Part shown: positions 49,856-58,365 of the stretch, in pieces
How the letters are laid out: the number at the start of each line of letters is the position of its first letter
Position numbering within the stretch: position 1 is the stretch's first letter
NCBI GenBank assembly: GCA_046328535.1
Contig: JAXLWJ010000010.1
Span: 25,552-89,551 of the forward strand
Source of the DNA: Anaerolineae bacterium
GTDB taxonomy: Bacteria; Chloroflexota; Anaerolineae; Epilineales; JAHCIE01
Reading direction: 5' to 3'
Length of the DNA: 64,000 bases
The notes under the pieces: model-generated
Databases searched by the model: none
What the model was told of the DNA's origin: nothing
What the model saw: the letters and a program-made list of their open reading frames with translations, nothing else
Position numbers and translations under genes: made by a program

Positions 49856-50917
49856 CTATTTCTGAAGCCCGCTCCCATTCAGGTCCCGCGTCGGACTGAG
49901 GTAGAGGCTGCACGTGCAGCGCTGGCAGATGGGGTTCTCGGCGACGTCGAGCGTCTGGCGGAACTGCCGCGCCCTCGGCGCGTTGAGCACGGCATCCAGC
50001 GCCCCCTCGCCCAGGTGGCCGATGGCCGGATGAAAGAAGCACGGCTTCACCGCACCGTCACTCTCCACCACCGCCGACACCCACGGCGCGTTACAGCGCA
50101 CCGTCGGAAACTCGCCCTGGCCCAGGAGCGCCGCGAAGTACTGCGGCAGGCGGCGGAGCTTGGCCGGCGACTCGGCGATGTAGCCGCTGGCGAAGTCGTC
50201 GGCATAGCGCGCAATCGTCTCTTCGACCACGTCGCGGAAGTGGGCCACCTCATCGGCGGACAGGGCCACGTCCGCCACGCGCGCCGTGTCCCACGGCGTT
50301 GGGCGATTGAAGGCGCTGCTGGAGACGTCGGCGGCCAGGAAGCTGATGCCGTCCAGGCCCAGGTCGTGCGCCGCCGCGACGATGTTGGGCAGGTCGGCGT
50401 AGTTCAGGCGCTGGAGGGTGCAGCGGGCGGTGACCGGGAAATCGCGCCGCTCGGCCTTCAGGGCGGCGACGCCCTGGGCCAGCCGGGCGTAGGCGCAGGG
50501 GATGTTGCGGATGCGGTCGTGGACCGGCCGACTGCCGTCGAGCGATATGATCACATCCGAGGTGGCGCCCACAACGGCGGCGGCGTTCCGGTCCAGGAGC
50601 AGGCCGGTGCTCAAGAGCGTGACGCGGGCCGGGAGGGCGGCGAGCATGTCGCACAGCGTCCACAGGTTCGCGTGCATGAGCGCCTCGCCGCCGGACAGCA
50701 CCACCCACTGCACGCCGAGCCGCCGCATAGCGGCGACGTGGGGCGCCAGGTCGTCGGCGGCCAGCTCGACGCTGTGGGCGTTGGCCTTCCAGATGTCGCA
50801 CATCACGCAGCGGCAGTTGCACGAGCTGTGGGGCATGAGCACAAGCACCGGCAGGCTGTAGATGCGGTGCGTCGCCCGCGTCATCACCCGCCGCGCCGCC
50901 TCGATCATCTTCGTCAC
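49856..50917 (-). CDS. Radical SAM enzyme with SPASM/twitch-like C-terminal Cys motif
   Basis: CNCRCVMC (C-x3-C-x2-C) near the N-terminus. C-terminal C-x13-G-x4-C (CNAPWVSAVVESDGAVKPC) plus CQRCTC. GTG start follows GAGGTG. Confidence 0.8.
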   Translation of the reverse strand: MTKMIEAARRVMTRATHRIYSLPVLVLMPHSSCNCRCVMCDIWKANAHSVELAADDLAPHVAAMRRLGVQWVVLSGGEALMHANLWTLCDMLAALPARVTLLSTGLLLDRNAAAVVGATSDVIISLDGSRPVHDRIRNIPCAYARLAQGVAALKAERRDFPVTARCTLQRLNYADLPNIVAAAHDLGLDGISFLAADVSSSAFNRPTPWDTARVADVALSADEVAHFRDVVEETIARYADDFASGYIAESPAKLRRLPQYFAALLGQGEFPTVRCNAPWVSAVVESDGAVKPCFFHPAIGHLGEGALDAVLNAPRARQFRQTLDVAENPICQRCTCSLYLSPTRDLNGSGLQK

Positions 50918-50926
50918 TATGACACC

Positions 50927-52399
50927 TCAGAAGCCGGTGGTTTCCGGGCGCTGGTAGGCGATGACCTTGTGCAACGCCCGCAACTCGAGCGGGTAGTCGT
51001 AGACGCGCAGGTGGTAGCGCCAGGCGCTCGCGGCCCGCAGCACGGCGCGCCACCCTCGCGTCAGCCTGGGGTCGGTCGCTGTCGGATAGTAGGCGTTCAG
51101 GACGCGCTCGAAGTCGTGGGTGAGGTCGCGCAGGTCGCCGCGCAGCCAGGGCATCGTCGTACTGCGGCGGAGCGAGAAGCTCGTCCATGCCGGGCCGACC
51201 CATTCGTCGAGCGTCTCCGGGAAGCGGAAGCCGTTGGCCCTGGCCTGGTCGTACAGCTCGCCGGCCAGCGGCACGGGGGTGTACATGTACATGACGATCT
51301 CGGCCGCCGGGTGGACGCCCTTGACGCGCCGGATGAACTCGATGGTGTCGCGGATGTCGGCCGCCGGGTCGGGCGGATTGCCCATGACGAACGAGAACTC
51401 CGGAATGATGCCGTAGCCCCGCATGATGCGGGCGATCTCGAGCGTCTTGTCGGCGCTGGCCGTCCCGCCCTTGTTCATGCGCCGCAGCGTCTCGTCGGAG
51501 CCGGACTCCGCGCCCAGGTACACCATCTTCAGGCCGCTGTCAGCCATCAGCCGCCAGGTGCGCGCGCTCATCTTGAGCAGCGTGTCAATGCGCGCCTCGC
51601 CCCACCAGCCGATGTCCAGGTCCATGATGCGCTCGGCGAACTCGGCCGTGCGCGCCTCGTGGACGAAGAAGTTGTTGTCGAAGAACTCGACGGCGTCAGC
51701 GCCGTAGCGGTCGTGCAGGAGACGGATGGTGTTGGCGGTCCGCGCCGCGCTCTGCGCCAGCCACCGCCCGTTGACCATGTTGACGACCGCGCAGAAGTTG
51801 CAGAAGAACGGGCAGCCGTAGGAGGAGTGGTGGGGCAGGGTGCGGCGGCCCAGGTAGCACGCCCGCGCGTAGTGGTCCATGGGGACACGGTGGTAGGGGA
51901 AGTCGGGCAGGTGATCAGGGTGGGGGATGGGCGCGAGGGCGTTGGAGCGCGGCGCGCCGCCGTCCACGTAGGCCAGGCCCGGCACGTCGGCGAGGGCGCC
52001 GCCCCGCTCCAGTCGGTCGAGAAGCTGCATGAAAACCATCTCGCCATGTCCGCGCACGACGTAGTCCACGTACTCGGCGCGCAGGCAGGTGTCCCAGTGC
52101 TGCGTCGGGAAGTAGCCGCCCCAGACGATGGTCAGGCCGGGGTGGCGGCGCTTCAGCTCGCGGCACAGCGGGACGGCCTCGGCCAGCTGCGGGCCGGGCA
52201 TGACCGTGACGCCCAACACGCTCGCCCCTTCACCGGCCAGCTGGTCCAGCCGCGCCAGCGGCTCCGCCTCAAGGTTGCCATCCACGATGACGTAGTCGCG
52301 GCCCCCCTCTAGCAGCGCGCCCAGGGCCAGCAGCGACATGGGCAGGATGCGCTTGCCGGAGGCATTGCTGCGCGGGTTATACAGAACGATCATGGTCAT
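50927..52399 (-). CDS. Cobalamin-binding-domain radical SAM enzyme (subfamily 2: IVLYNP... N-terminus)
   Basis: N-terminal Rossmann-like region (IVLYNPRS..., TIVWGGYFPT) followed by SSYGCPFFCNFC. Alternative starts at 52393 and 52405. Confidence 0.8.
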   Translation of the reverse strand: MTMIVLYNPRSNASGKRILPMSLLALGALLEGGRDYVIVDGNLEAEPLARLDQLAGEGASVLGVTVMPGPQLAEAVPLCRELKRRHPGLTIVWGGYFPTQHWDTCLRAEYVDYVVRGHGEMVFMQLLDRLERGGALADVPGLAYVDGGAPRSNALAPIPHPDHLPDFPYHRVPMDHYARACYLGRRTLPHHSSYGCPFFCNFCAVVNMVNGRWLAQSAARTANTIRLLHDRYGADAVEFFDNNFFVHEARTAEFAERIMDLDIGWWGEARIDTLLKMSARTWRLMADSGLKMVYLGAESGSDETLRRMNKGGTASADKTLEIARIMRGYGIIPEFSFVMGNPPDPAADIRDTIEFIRRVKGVHPAAEIVMYMYTPVPLAGELYDQARANGFRFPETLDEWVGPAWTSFSLRRSTTMPWLRGDLRDLTHDFERVLNAYYPTATDPRLTRGWRAVLRAASAWRYHLRVYDYPLELRALHKVIAYQRPETTGF

Positions 52400-53957
52400 T
52401 CTCACACGTAAGTCGGTATACCGTGATCACCTCGTGGATGAAGTCGCGCCGCGAGACGACTTGCACGCGGAGATCGTTGGCGGCAGCGGTCGCCAGAAAG
52501 CCGCGCTCGTCGGCGTCGCTGGACAGCACGACGAGCGCAGCGCCCCCCGGCGCGAGAACTGCGGCGAGAGCGGCCAGGAAACGCGGCGCGACATCGGTCG
52601 CGCGCCAGGCGTGGTCGTACAGGTCGGTCGGCCGGCCAGCGAAGTAGGGCGGGTTGAACAACACGAGGTCGAAGCGCTCGCCCGCCACGGGCGCGAACAG
52701 GTCGCCGAGCCGCGCTTCGATGCGCCCCTCGACGTTGTGGGCCAGGGCGTTCAGGCGCACGCAGCGCACCGCCGCCGGGTTGATGTCCACAGCGACGACC
52801 CGCGCTTCCCGCTGCGCGGCGAAGACCGCCGCCGCCCCCGCGCCCGCGCCCATGTCCAGCACGACGGCTGGCGGCGCGGGCAGGTCGTTCAGGGCCTGCG
52901 CCAGGATTTCGCCTGTGCGGAAGAGCTTCGGGTTGAACACGTCCGGCAAGACGACGAACCGCTCGCCGCACACGGTCTCGACCACGAGGCGGCGGTGGCG
53001 GTGGGCCACGAAGGGCCGCCGCAGGGCCTGCGCCCGCGTCCAGAGGCGGCGGACAAGGGGCGGCCACGGGCCGCTACGAGGGTGAAGCGTCGCCATTGCG
53101 TGGACCCTCCCCGGCCGCGTTTCACTCTGGGTTGTCACAAGTTGCTCGGTTCGCCGCAGCTCGATCAGGTAGTGATCGTTCAGCCGGCCGGCGAGCCACG
53201 TGTCGGCGATGCGCGCCTCCCAGCGGGCCAGGCGCTCGAACGCGGCCGGGTGGCGCTCGACGAGACCGCCTAGATAGGTGGGCGGCAGAAGGACGCCGAT
53301 GCCGCGCACACTGACCGGCTCGAAGTGCGGCGCGAAGGCGCGTGCAATCTGGCCCGGCGGCGGGTAGTATACGCGCAACATTTCATCACCGACTCGCGCG
53401 ACGGCGCCGCCGCGACGGAGACGGCGGCTCGCTGCCGCCAGGTCGCCACGCGCCGCGTGCCACAGTATCTCCCACGGACACCACGGACCCATGATGACGA
53501 AAGCGACGCGGCCGCCGGGCCGGATGAGCCGCGCCAGCGCCCGCGCAACAGGCGCGAGGTCCGCGACGCAGTTGAGCGCGCCGAAGTTCGACAGCGCCCC
53601 GTCGAACGAGGCGGGCGCTTCTTCCTCCGCCATCGCGCCGGCCAGGTCTTCGATGCGCAGCACGCGCGCGTCCACGCCGGCCGCGACACCGGCGCGCGCC
53701 GCCTTCTGCCGCGCCATCTCCACCATGCGCGGCGAGGCGTCGGTTGCGAAGACGCGCACCCCGCGCTGCGCCAGCCACACGGCGTCTTCCCCCGTGCCGC
53801 AGCCTAGCTCCAGGACGCGGCTGCCCGGCGGGAGCAGCGTGGCGAGGCGGGCGTGGACGGCGTCGCGCAGCCAGCGGCCGAGGCGCGTCGCGGTGAACGT
53901 CGCGTCGTAGGTCGCGGCTGCGCCATCGAAGGGCGCGACGCCAAGCGCCTGGCTCAC
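52377..53957 (-). CDS. Two-domain methyltransferase fusion: class I SAM MTase plus NPPY-motif MTase
   Basis: Domain 1 has VLELGCGTGEDAVWLA. Domain 2 has VLDMGAGAGAAAVFAA and LVLFNPPYF. One uninterrupted frame. GTG 53957 forms a GTGA overlap with the upstream stop. Confidence 0.75.
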   Translation of the reverse strand: MSQALGVAPFDGAAATYDATFTATRLGRWLRDAVHARLATLLPPGSRVLELGCGTGEDAVWLAQRGVRVFATDASPRMVEMARQKAARAGVAAGVDARVLRIEDLAGAMAEEEAPASFDGALSNFGALNCVADLAPVARALARLIRPGGRVAFVIMGPWCPWEILWHAARGDLAAASRRLRRGGAVARVGDEMLRVYYPPPGQIARAFAPHFEPVSVRGIGVLLPPTYLGGLVERHPAAFERLARWEARIADTWLAGRLNDHYLIELRRTEQLVTTQSETRPGRVHAMATLHPRSGPWPPLVRRLWTRAQALRRPFVAHRHRRLVVETVCGERFVVLPDVFNPKLFRTGEILAQALNDLPAPPAVVLDMGAGAGAAAVFAAQREARVVAVDINPAAVRCVRLNALAHNVEGRIEARLGDLFAPVAGERFDLVLFNPPYFAGRPTDLYDHAWRATDVAPRFLAALAAVLAPGGAALVVLSSDADERGFLATAAANDLRVQVVSRRDFIHEVITVYRLTCENDHDRSV

Positions 53958-55360
53958 GAAGTCCCGCCCTTCTCGACCTCGCCCGACGTGAGCGCCATCC
54001 CCAGCCGGCCGACGCGCGCATTCACGAACGTCCTGGCGATGCGCAGCGGGTCCTTGCGGCCGTTGGTGAGCTGCTTGTGCAGGGCGACCTCGTTCACCAT
54101 CCAGCGCGTGGCGAAGGAGTAGAAGCGCTTCGAGTGGCGGCCGGCGACGGTCAGGTCGCGGTCGGTGCGCTCGTCCCACGGCCTGTCGCTTAGCACGCGG
54201 CCCTCGACCTCGGCGTAGTAGGCCGTCCCTTTGATGGGGTAGGCGACGGTCGTCAGGAAGATGTCCGGGTTGGACTTCTTGAGGTGTTCGACCGTCTCCT
54301 CCAACTGCGGCACGTCCTCGCCCTCGTAGCCAAGCATGATGAACATCCCCGCCTGGATGCCGCGCTTCTGGAGCAGGCGCGTCATGCGCTGCACGTCCTC
54401 GACGTTCGTGCGCCGCGACATGGCGTCCAGAACGTGCTGCGAGCCGCTCTCCGAGCCGATCCACAGGCGGAAGCAGCCCATCTCGGCCAGGGTATCTATG
54501 ATGTGCTCGTTGAGGCGGTCCGCCCGCGAGATGCACTCGAACGGGAGGCGCAGCCCGCGCCGCTTGAGGAGGTCGGCGTAGGCCAGGAACCAGCGCGGGT
54601 GGATGGTCAGCACGTCGTCGGCGTACCACAGCATGTCGGGCCGGTAGCGCTCGACGAGCTGCTCGACCTCGGCGACGACGTTTTCCGGCGAGCGGCGGCG
54701 GTGGGTATGCCCGAACACCGTGTGGCTGCACCACTTGCACGTGTACGGGCAGCCGCGCGCCGTGATGAGCGACGCCGACCCCATGCCGTGGTGGGTACGC
54801 CAGGTCTCGACGTAGTCCGACATGGGGATGGCCTCGCGGTCGGGGAAGGGCAGCTCGTCCAGGCGCTGGAGGTAGGGGCGCGGCGCCGTCCGCGTCAGTA
54901 TTCCGTCGTCGTCCCGATAGACGAGGCCCGCGATGTGGCGCATGTCGCGCGGGCCGTAGCGGGCCAGGTGCGGCAGCAGCTCCGCCAGCGTTGCTTCCCC
55001 CTCGCCCACAACAACCACGTCCGCGCCGCGCGCCAGGTAATCCTCGGCGTAGTGGGGCGGCTCCGGCCCCCCCAGGACGACGAGCGAGCCCGCCGCCTTC
55101 GCCTGCTGGATCATAGGCAGAATCCAGCGCTTGGTCATCAGGTTGCAGTAGAGGCCCACGACGGCGGGGCGCTCGTGCTGGAGGACGGCGGCGAAGTCCT
55201 GGGGCCGGCGGAACGTCGCGTCGAAGACGCCGACGGCGAAGCCGCGCGCCTTGAGGTACGACGAGATGTAGAGCAGCCCGAGCGTCGGGTAGGGCTTCAT
55301 CACCTTCCGCTCGTGGGGGTCCTCCGACAGGTAGTAGCCGTGGGCCAGCAGAATATCCAT
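53954..55360 (-). CDS. Cobalamin-binding-domain radical SAM enzyme (subfamily 1: LLAHGYYLSEDPHE N-terminus)
   Basis: MDILLAHGYYLSEDPHERKVMKPYPTLGLLYISSYL..., VVLGGPEPP and TARGCPYTCKWC motifs. Confidence 0.8.
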   Translation of the reverse strand: MDILLAHGYYLSEDPHERKVMKPYPTLGLLYISSYLKARGFAVGVFDATFRRPQDFAAVLQHERPAVVGLYCNLMTKRWILPMIQQAKAAGSLVVLGGPEPPHYAEDYLARGADVVVVGEGEATLAELLPHLARYGPRDMRHIAGLVYRDDDGILTRTAPRPYLQRLDELPFPDREAIPMSDYVETWRTHHGMGSASLITARGCPYTCKWCSHTVFGHTHRRRSPENVVAEVEQLVERYRPDMLWYADDVLTIHPRWFLAYADLLKRRGLRLPFECISRADRLNEHIIDTLAEMGCFRLWIGSESGSQHVLDAMSRRTNVEDVQRMTRLLQKRGIQAGMFIMLGYEGEDVPQLEETVEHLKKSNPDIFLTTVAYPIKGTAYYAEVEGRVLSDRPWDERTDRDLTVAGRHSKRFYSFATRWMVNEVALHKQLTNGRKDPLRIARTFVNARVGRLGMALTSGEVEKGGTS

Positions 55361-55365
55361 AGGTC

Positions 55366-56781
55366 TCACGCCAGCTTTGGCGCCGGGTACAGCGCCTCGA
55401 CAAGGCGCTGTTCGACCGGCCAGCGGTAGAAGTCGCGCTGCACGCGCCAGCGCGCGACCGCCTGGAGCGGCCGCGCCAGCGGGTGCGCGTGGCGGCCGTA
55501 GGCGTACTTCTGGTAGAACTTGAAGCGCTCGACGCGCGCCCACTTCTCGGCCGACACCCACGGCCCGGTCGAGCCAACATAGTCGAAATCGGCCCACTCT
55601 TCCAGCGTCGTCGGGAACGGGTACGCGCCGTCCAGGCTATCGGCGATGTCATTGCCTGGATAGGGGCGGTAGAAGAAGATGGCGACGTCGAAGTCGGCGC
55701 TCATCTCCCGCAGACGCCGAGCGACCTGCAGGCCAGCCTCGAAGCTCTCGTCCGGCTCATCGGGGAAGCCGACGATGAAGTTCCAGATCGCGCCGATGTC
55801 GCGCCGCGCCAGCTTCTCCGCCGTGGCGAACACCTGGGCGATGGTAATGTCCTTCTTGATGCGCCTGAGCATCTCGTCCGTGCCAGCTTCGACGCCGACC
55901 ATGACCCGCCGCAGCCCCGCCTGCCGCGCCAGGGCCAGCGCCGCGTCGGGCAAACGCGCGCCCTGGTCCGCCCGCATCGTCGCCGTCCAGATCGCGTCCA
56001 GACCGGCGGCGATGAAGGCCTGGCTGATGTCGGCGACGCGCTGGGCGCTGGTGAAGAACGTCTCGTCCTGGAACGCAATCTCGGTGAAGCGGTGGCGCTG
56101 CCACAGCGCGCCCAGTTCGTCGGCCATGCGCTGCGGCGCGAGGCCATGCCAGCCGCGGCGGTAGACGAACGGGTCGGCGCAGAAGGCGCAGCGGAAGCGG
56201 CAGCCGATGGACGAGATGTAGTCGAGCTGGCGCTTGCCCTTGCGGGCGAAGTACGCCTCGACGGGGATCAGGTCGTAGTTCAGCGGGGGCAGCGCGTTCA
56301 CGTCGCGCAGCGGGCGGGGTATGTTCTGGATGACCGCGCCGTGTCTGTCGCGCCAGGTCACGCCGGCGACGCCCGCCAGGTCGCGCCCCGCCGTGTAGCG
56401 CTCGACGATCTCAGCGAATGTCTCCTCGCCCTGGCCGCTGACCACGGCATCCACCGTCGGCTCGTCCAGGCACTCGCGCGGAAACAGCGACGGGTGCCAG
56501 CCGCCCCAGACGACGGGCAGATCGGGCCGCGCGGCTTTGACCGCGCGAGTCACGGCCAGGGCGTCGCGGATCGGCGCGCCGGTGAGGACGGTCACGCCGA
56601 AGCACAGGGCGTCGCGGGCCTCGGCCAGAGCGACGTTGAGCGCGTCGGCCTCGAGCCGCGCGTCTATGATTCTGACGTCGAAGCGCGCCGGGTCGAGGGC
56701 CGAGCTGACGGCGAGCAGGCCGAGGGGCATCGTCCAGAACACGGCGTAGGGGTTGTAGAGCACAATCTTGGGGCGGGTCAC
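55366..56781 (-). CDS. Cobalamin-binding-domain radical SAM enzyme (subfamily 2)
   Basis: KIVLYNPYAVFWTMPLGLLAV..., VVWGGWHPS and SSIGCRFRCAFC motifs. GTG start after AAGGGGG. Confidence 0.8.
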   Translation of the reverse strand: MTRPKIVLYNPYAVFWTMPLGLLAVSSALDPARFDVRIIDARLEADALNVALAEARDALCFGVTVLTGAPIRDALAVTRAVKAARPDLPVVWGGWHPSLFPRECLDEPTVDAVVSGQGEETFAEIVERYTAGRDLAGVAGVTWRDRHGAVIQNIPRPLRDVNALPPLNYDLIPVEAYFARKGKRQLDYISSIGCRFRCAFCADPFVYRRGWHGLAPQRMADELGALWQRHRFTEIAFQDETFFTSAQRVADISQAFIAAGLDAIWTATMRADQGARLPDAALALARQAGLRRVMVGVEAGTDEMLRRIKKDITIAQVFATAEKLARRDIGAIWNFIVGFPDEPDESFEAGLQVARRLREMSADFDVAIFFYRPYPGNDIADSLDGAYPFPTTLEEWADFDYVGSTGPWVSAEKWARVERFKFYQKYAYGRHAHPLARPLQAVARWRVQRDFYRWPVEQRLVEALYPAPKLA

Positions 56782-56828
56782 ACAACCCCCTTATACCAAA
56801 CGCGCAATGACAGCTTTTCCAATTGGTG

Positions 56829-58358
56829 TTACTCCGGCTGCGCCGAGGGTATCGCGGCCGCCTCGGCGCTCATCGCCAGCGGCAGGGCGCTCACGCTGCG
56901 GGGTGACTGTTCCGCCAGCCGCGCCAGCCGCCACCGCGCCCAGGGCAGCGTCAGCGTGTGATAGGCGGCGGCCGCTGCCTGGCGCACAGGATGGCGCGGC
57001 GCGGCGCCGAGTCTGTCCGGCTGCGCCCGCCACGCGCGCCGCGCCCGGAACTCCTTGTGCAGAACGGTGTGCAGCTGGCGGTAGAACGCGGTGGAGTACG
57101 GGCCGCGATAGAGCATCGCCAGGTCGGCGCTGTCCTGCCAGTTCTGCTTGTCGCCTAGCTGCATGCGAATGCTATCGTAGAACTTCGTGCCGGGCAGCGG
57201 GTAGGAGACGGACATGCCGATGTCATCCGGCGCGCACTCCCGCACCATGCGCAGTGTCGCCGCGATATCGTCGCGGTCTTCGCCGGGGTAGCCGAACTGG
57301 AGGAAGAAGCCCACGGCGATGCCGGCGCGGCGCAGCTTCTCCGTCGCGGCGTAGATTTGCGCGACTGTCGTGCCTTTGTCCATCGCGTCGAGAATCTTTT
57401 GCGAGCCGGACTCCGCGCCCACCCACACGGTGTCGCAGCCCGCCATCGCCAGCGCCTCCACCACGCTGTCTTTGATGAGGTCCACGCGCAGCAAGCACTT
57501 GAAGGGGACGACGGTGTCGGCCGCCTGCGCCAGCCGCCCGAACTCTTCGAGCCAGCCGGGCTTGAGGCCGAGGATGTCGTCCACGAACCAGATGTGGTCG
57601 GGGGCGTAGGTCGCCTTGAGCCAGGCCATCTCGGCGACGACGTTCTGCGGGCTGCGAACGTTGTAGCGCTGGCCCCAGATGGGTTTGGCGCACCAGTTGC
57701 AGTGGTACGGGCAGCCGCGCGTCGTGACCATGTTCATGGAGAAGTAGCCGTGGCGTTCCTGCCACAGGCGGCGGTAGCGCGGCACGTCTACCAGGTCCCA
57801 GGCCGGGAACGGCAGGCTGTCCAGGTCCCGGATTAGGGGACGGGGCAGCCCCGGCTGCGCCCCGCCCGCCCCAGCCGGCTGCGACACTCCGGCGACGGAC
57901 TCGATCCCCCGCGTGCTGCGCCCCGTCAGCGCGTCCAGCAGCTCTAGCAGCGTCATCTCGCCTTCGCCGCGCAGAGCATAGTCCGCCCCCTGCGCGAAGT
58001 ACAGCGCGGCGTGGTCCGTCGCGTCCGCCCCGGCCACGATGACGGCGCAGCCGCGCGCCTTCGCCAGCGCAATCATGCGGAACGCGGCCTCGCGCATCCG
58101 CAGCAGGCACATCTTGCTGAGGTAGTTGAAGTTGTCCTCGAACAACACGGCGAAGTGGGGCCGGTGCGCGTCCAGGGCCGCCGCCCATTCGTCCTCGGAC
58201 GCGGCGAGCATCGCGTCGAACAGGGCCACGTCGTAGCCGCGCTGGCGCAGGAGAGACGCGGCGTACAGCGCGCCCAGCGGCGGGTAGGGCTGCATCGCGT
58301 CCCACAGCTTCGGGTCGAACCGCAGGTAGTAGCTTTGTCCCAACAATACGTCTGTCAT
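56829..58358 (-). CDS. Cobalamin-binding-domain radical SAM enzyme (subfamily 1)
   Basis: MTDVLLGQSYYLRFDPKLWDAMQPYPPLGALYAASLL..., VIVAGADAT and TTRGCPYHCNWC motifs. Confidence 0.8.
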   Translation of the reverse strand: MTDVLLGQSYYLRFDPKLWDAMQPYPPLGALYAASLLRQRGYDVALFDAMLAASEDEWAAALDAHRPHFAVLFEDNFNYLSKMCLLRMREAAFRMIALAKARGCAVIVAGADATDHAALYFAQGADYALRGEGEMTLLELLDALTGRSTRGIESVAGVSQPAGAGGAQPGLPRPLIRDLDSLPFPAWDLVDVPRYRRLWQERHGYFSMNMVTTRGCPYHCNWCAKPIWGQRYNVRSPQNVVAEMAWLKATYAPDHIWFVDDILGLKPGWLEEFGRLAQAADTVVPFKCLLRVDLIKDSVVEALAMAGCDTVWVGAESGSQKILDAMDKGTTVAQIYAATEKLRRAGIAVGFFLQFGYPGEDRDDIAATLRMVRECAPDDIGMSVSYPLPGTKFYDSIRMQLGDKQNWQDSADLAMLYRGPYSTAFYRQLHTVLHKEFRARRAWRAQPDRLGAAPRHPVRQAAAAAYHTLTLPWARWRLARLAEQSPRSVSALPLAMSAEAAAIPSAQPE

Positions 58359-58365
58359 GCGCACC

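Noticed and set aside
47716-49878. Single 720-aa minus-strand ORF
   Set aside because: The N-terminal ~330 codons overlap the methyltransferase 48879-49700 in another frame and cross a repeat element. The true GT4 gene starts at ATG 48882.
49760-52312. 850-aa plus-strand ORF
   Set aside because: Antisense to two radical SAM genes whose C-x3-C-x2-C motifs and domain order strongly support the minus strand.
52377-55652. Single 1091-aa minus-strand ORF
   Set aside because: Only the last 527 codons (from GTG 53957) look like protein. The N-terminal 565 codons are Arg/Pro/Gly-rich and overlap, out of frame, the B12-radical SAM gene 53954-55360, which has clear motifs.
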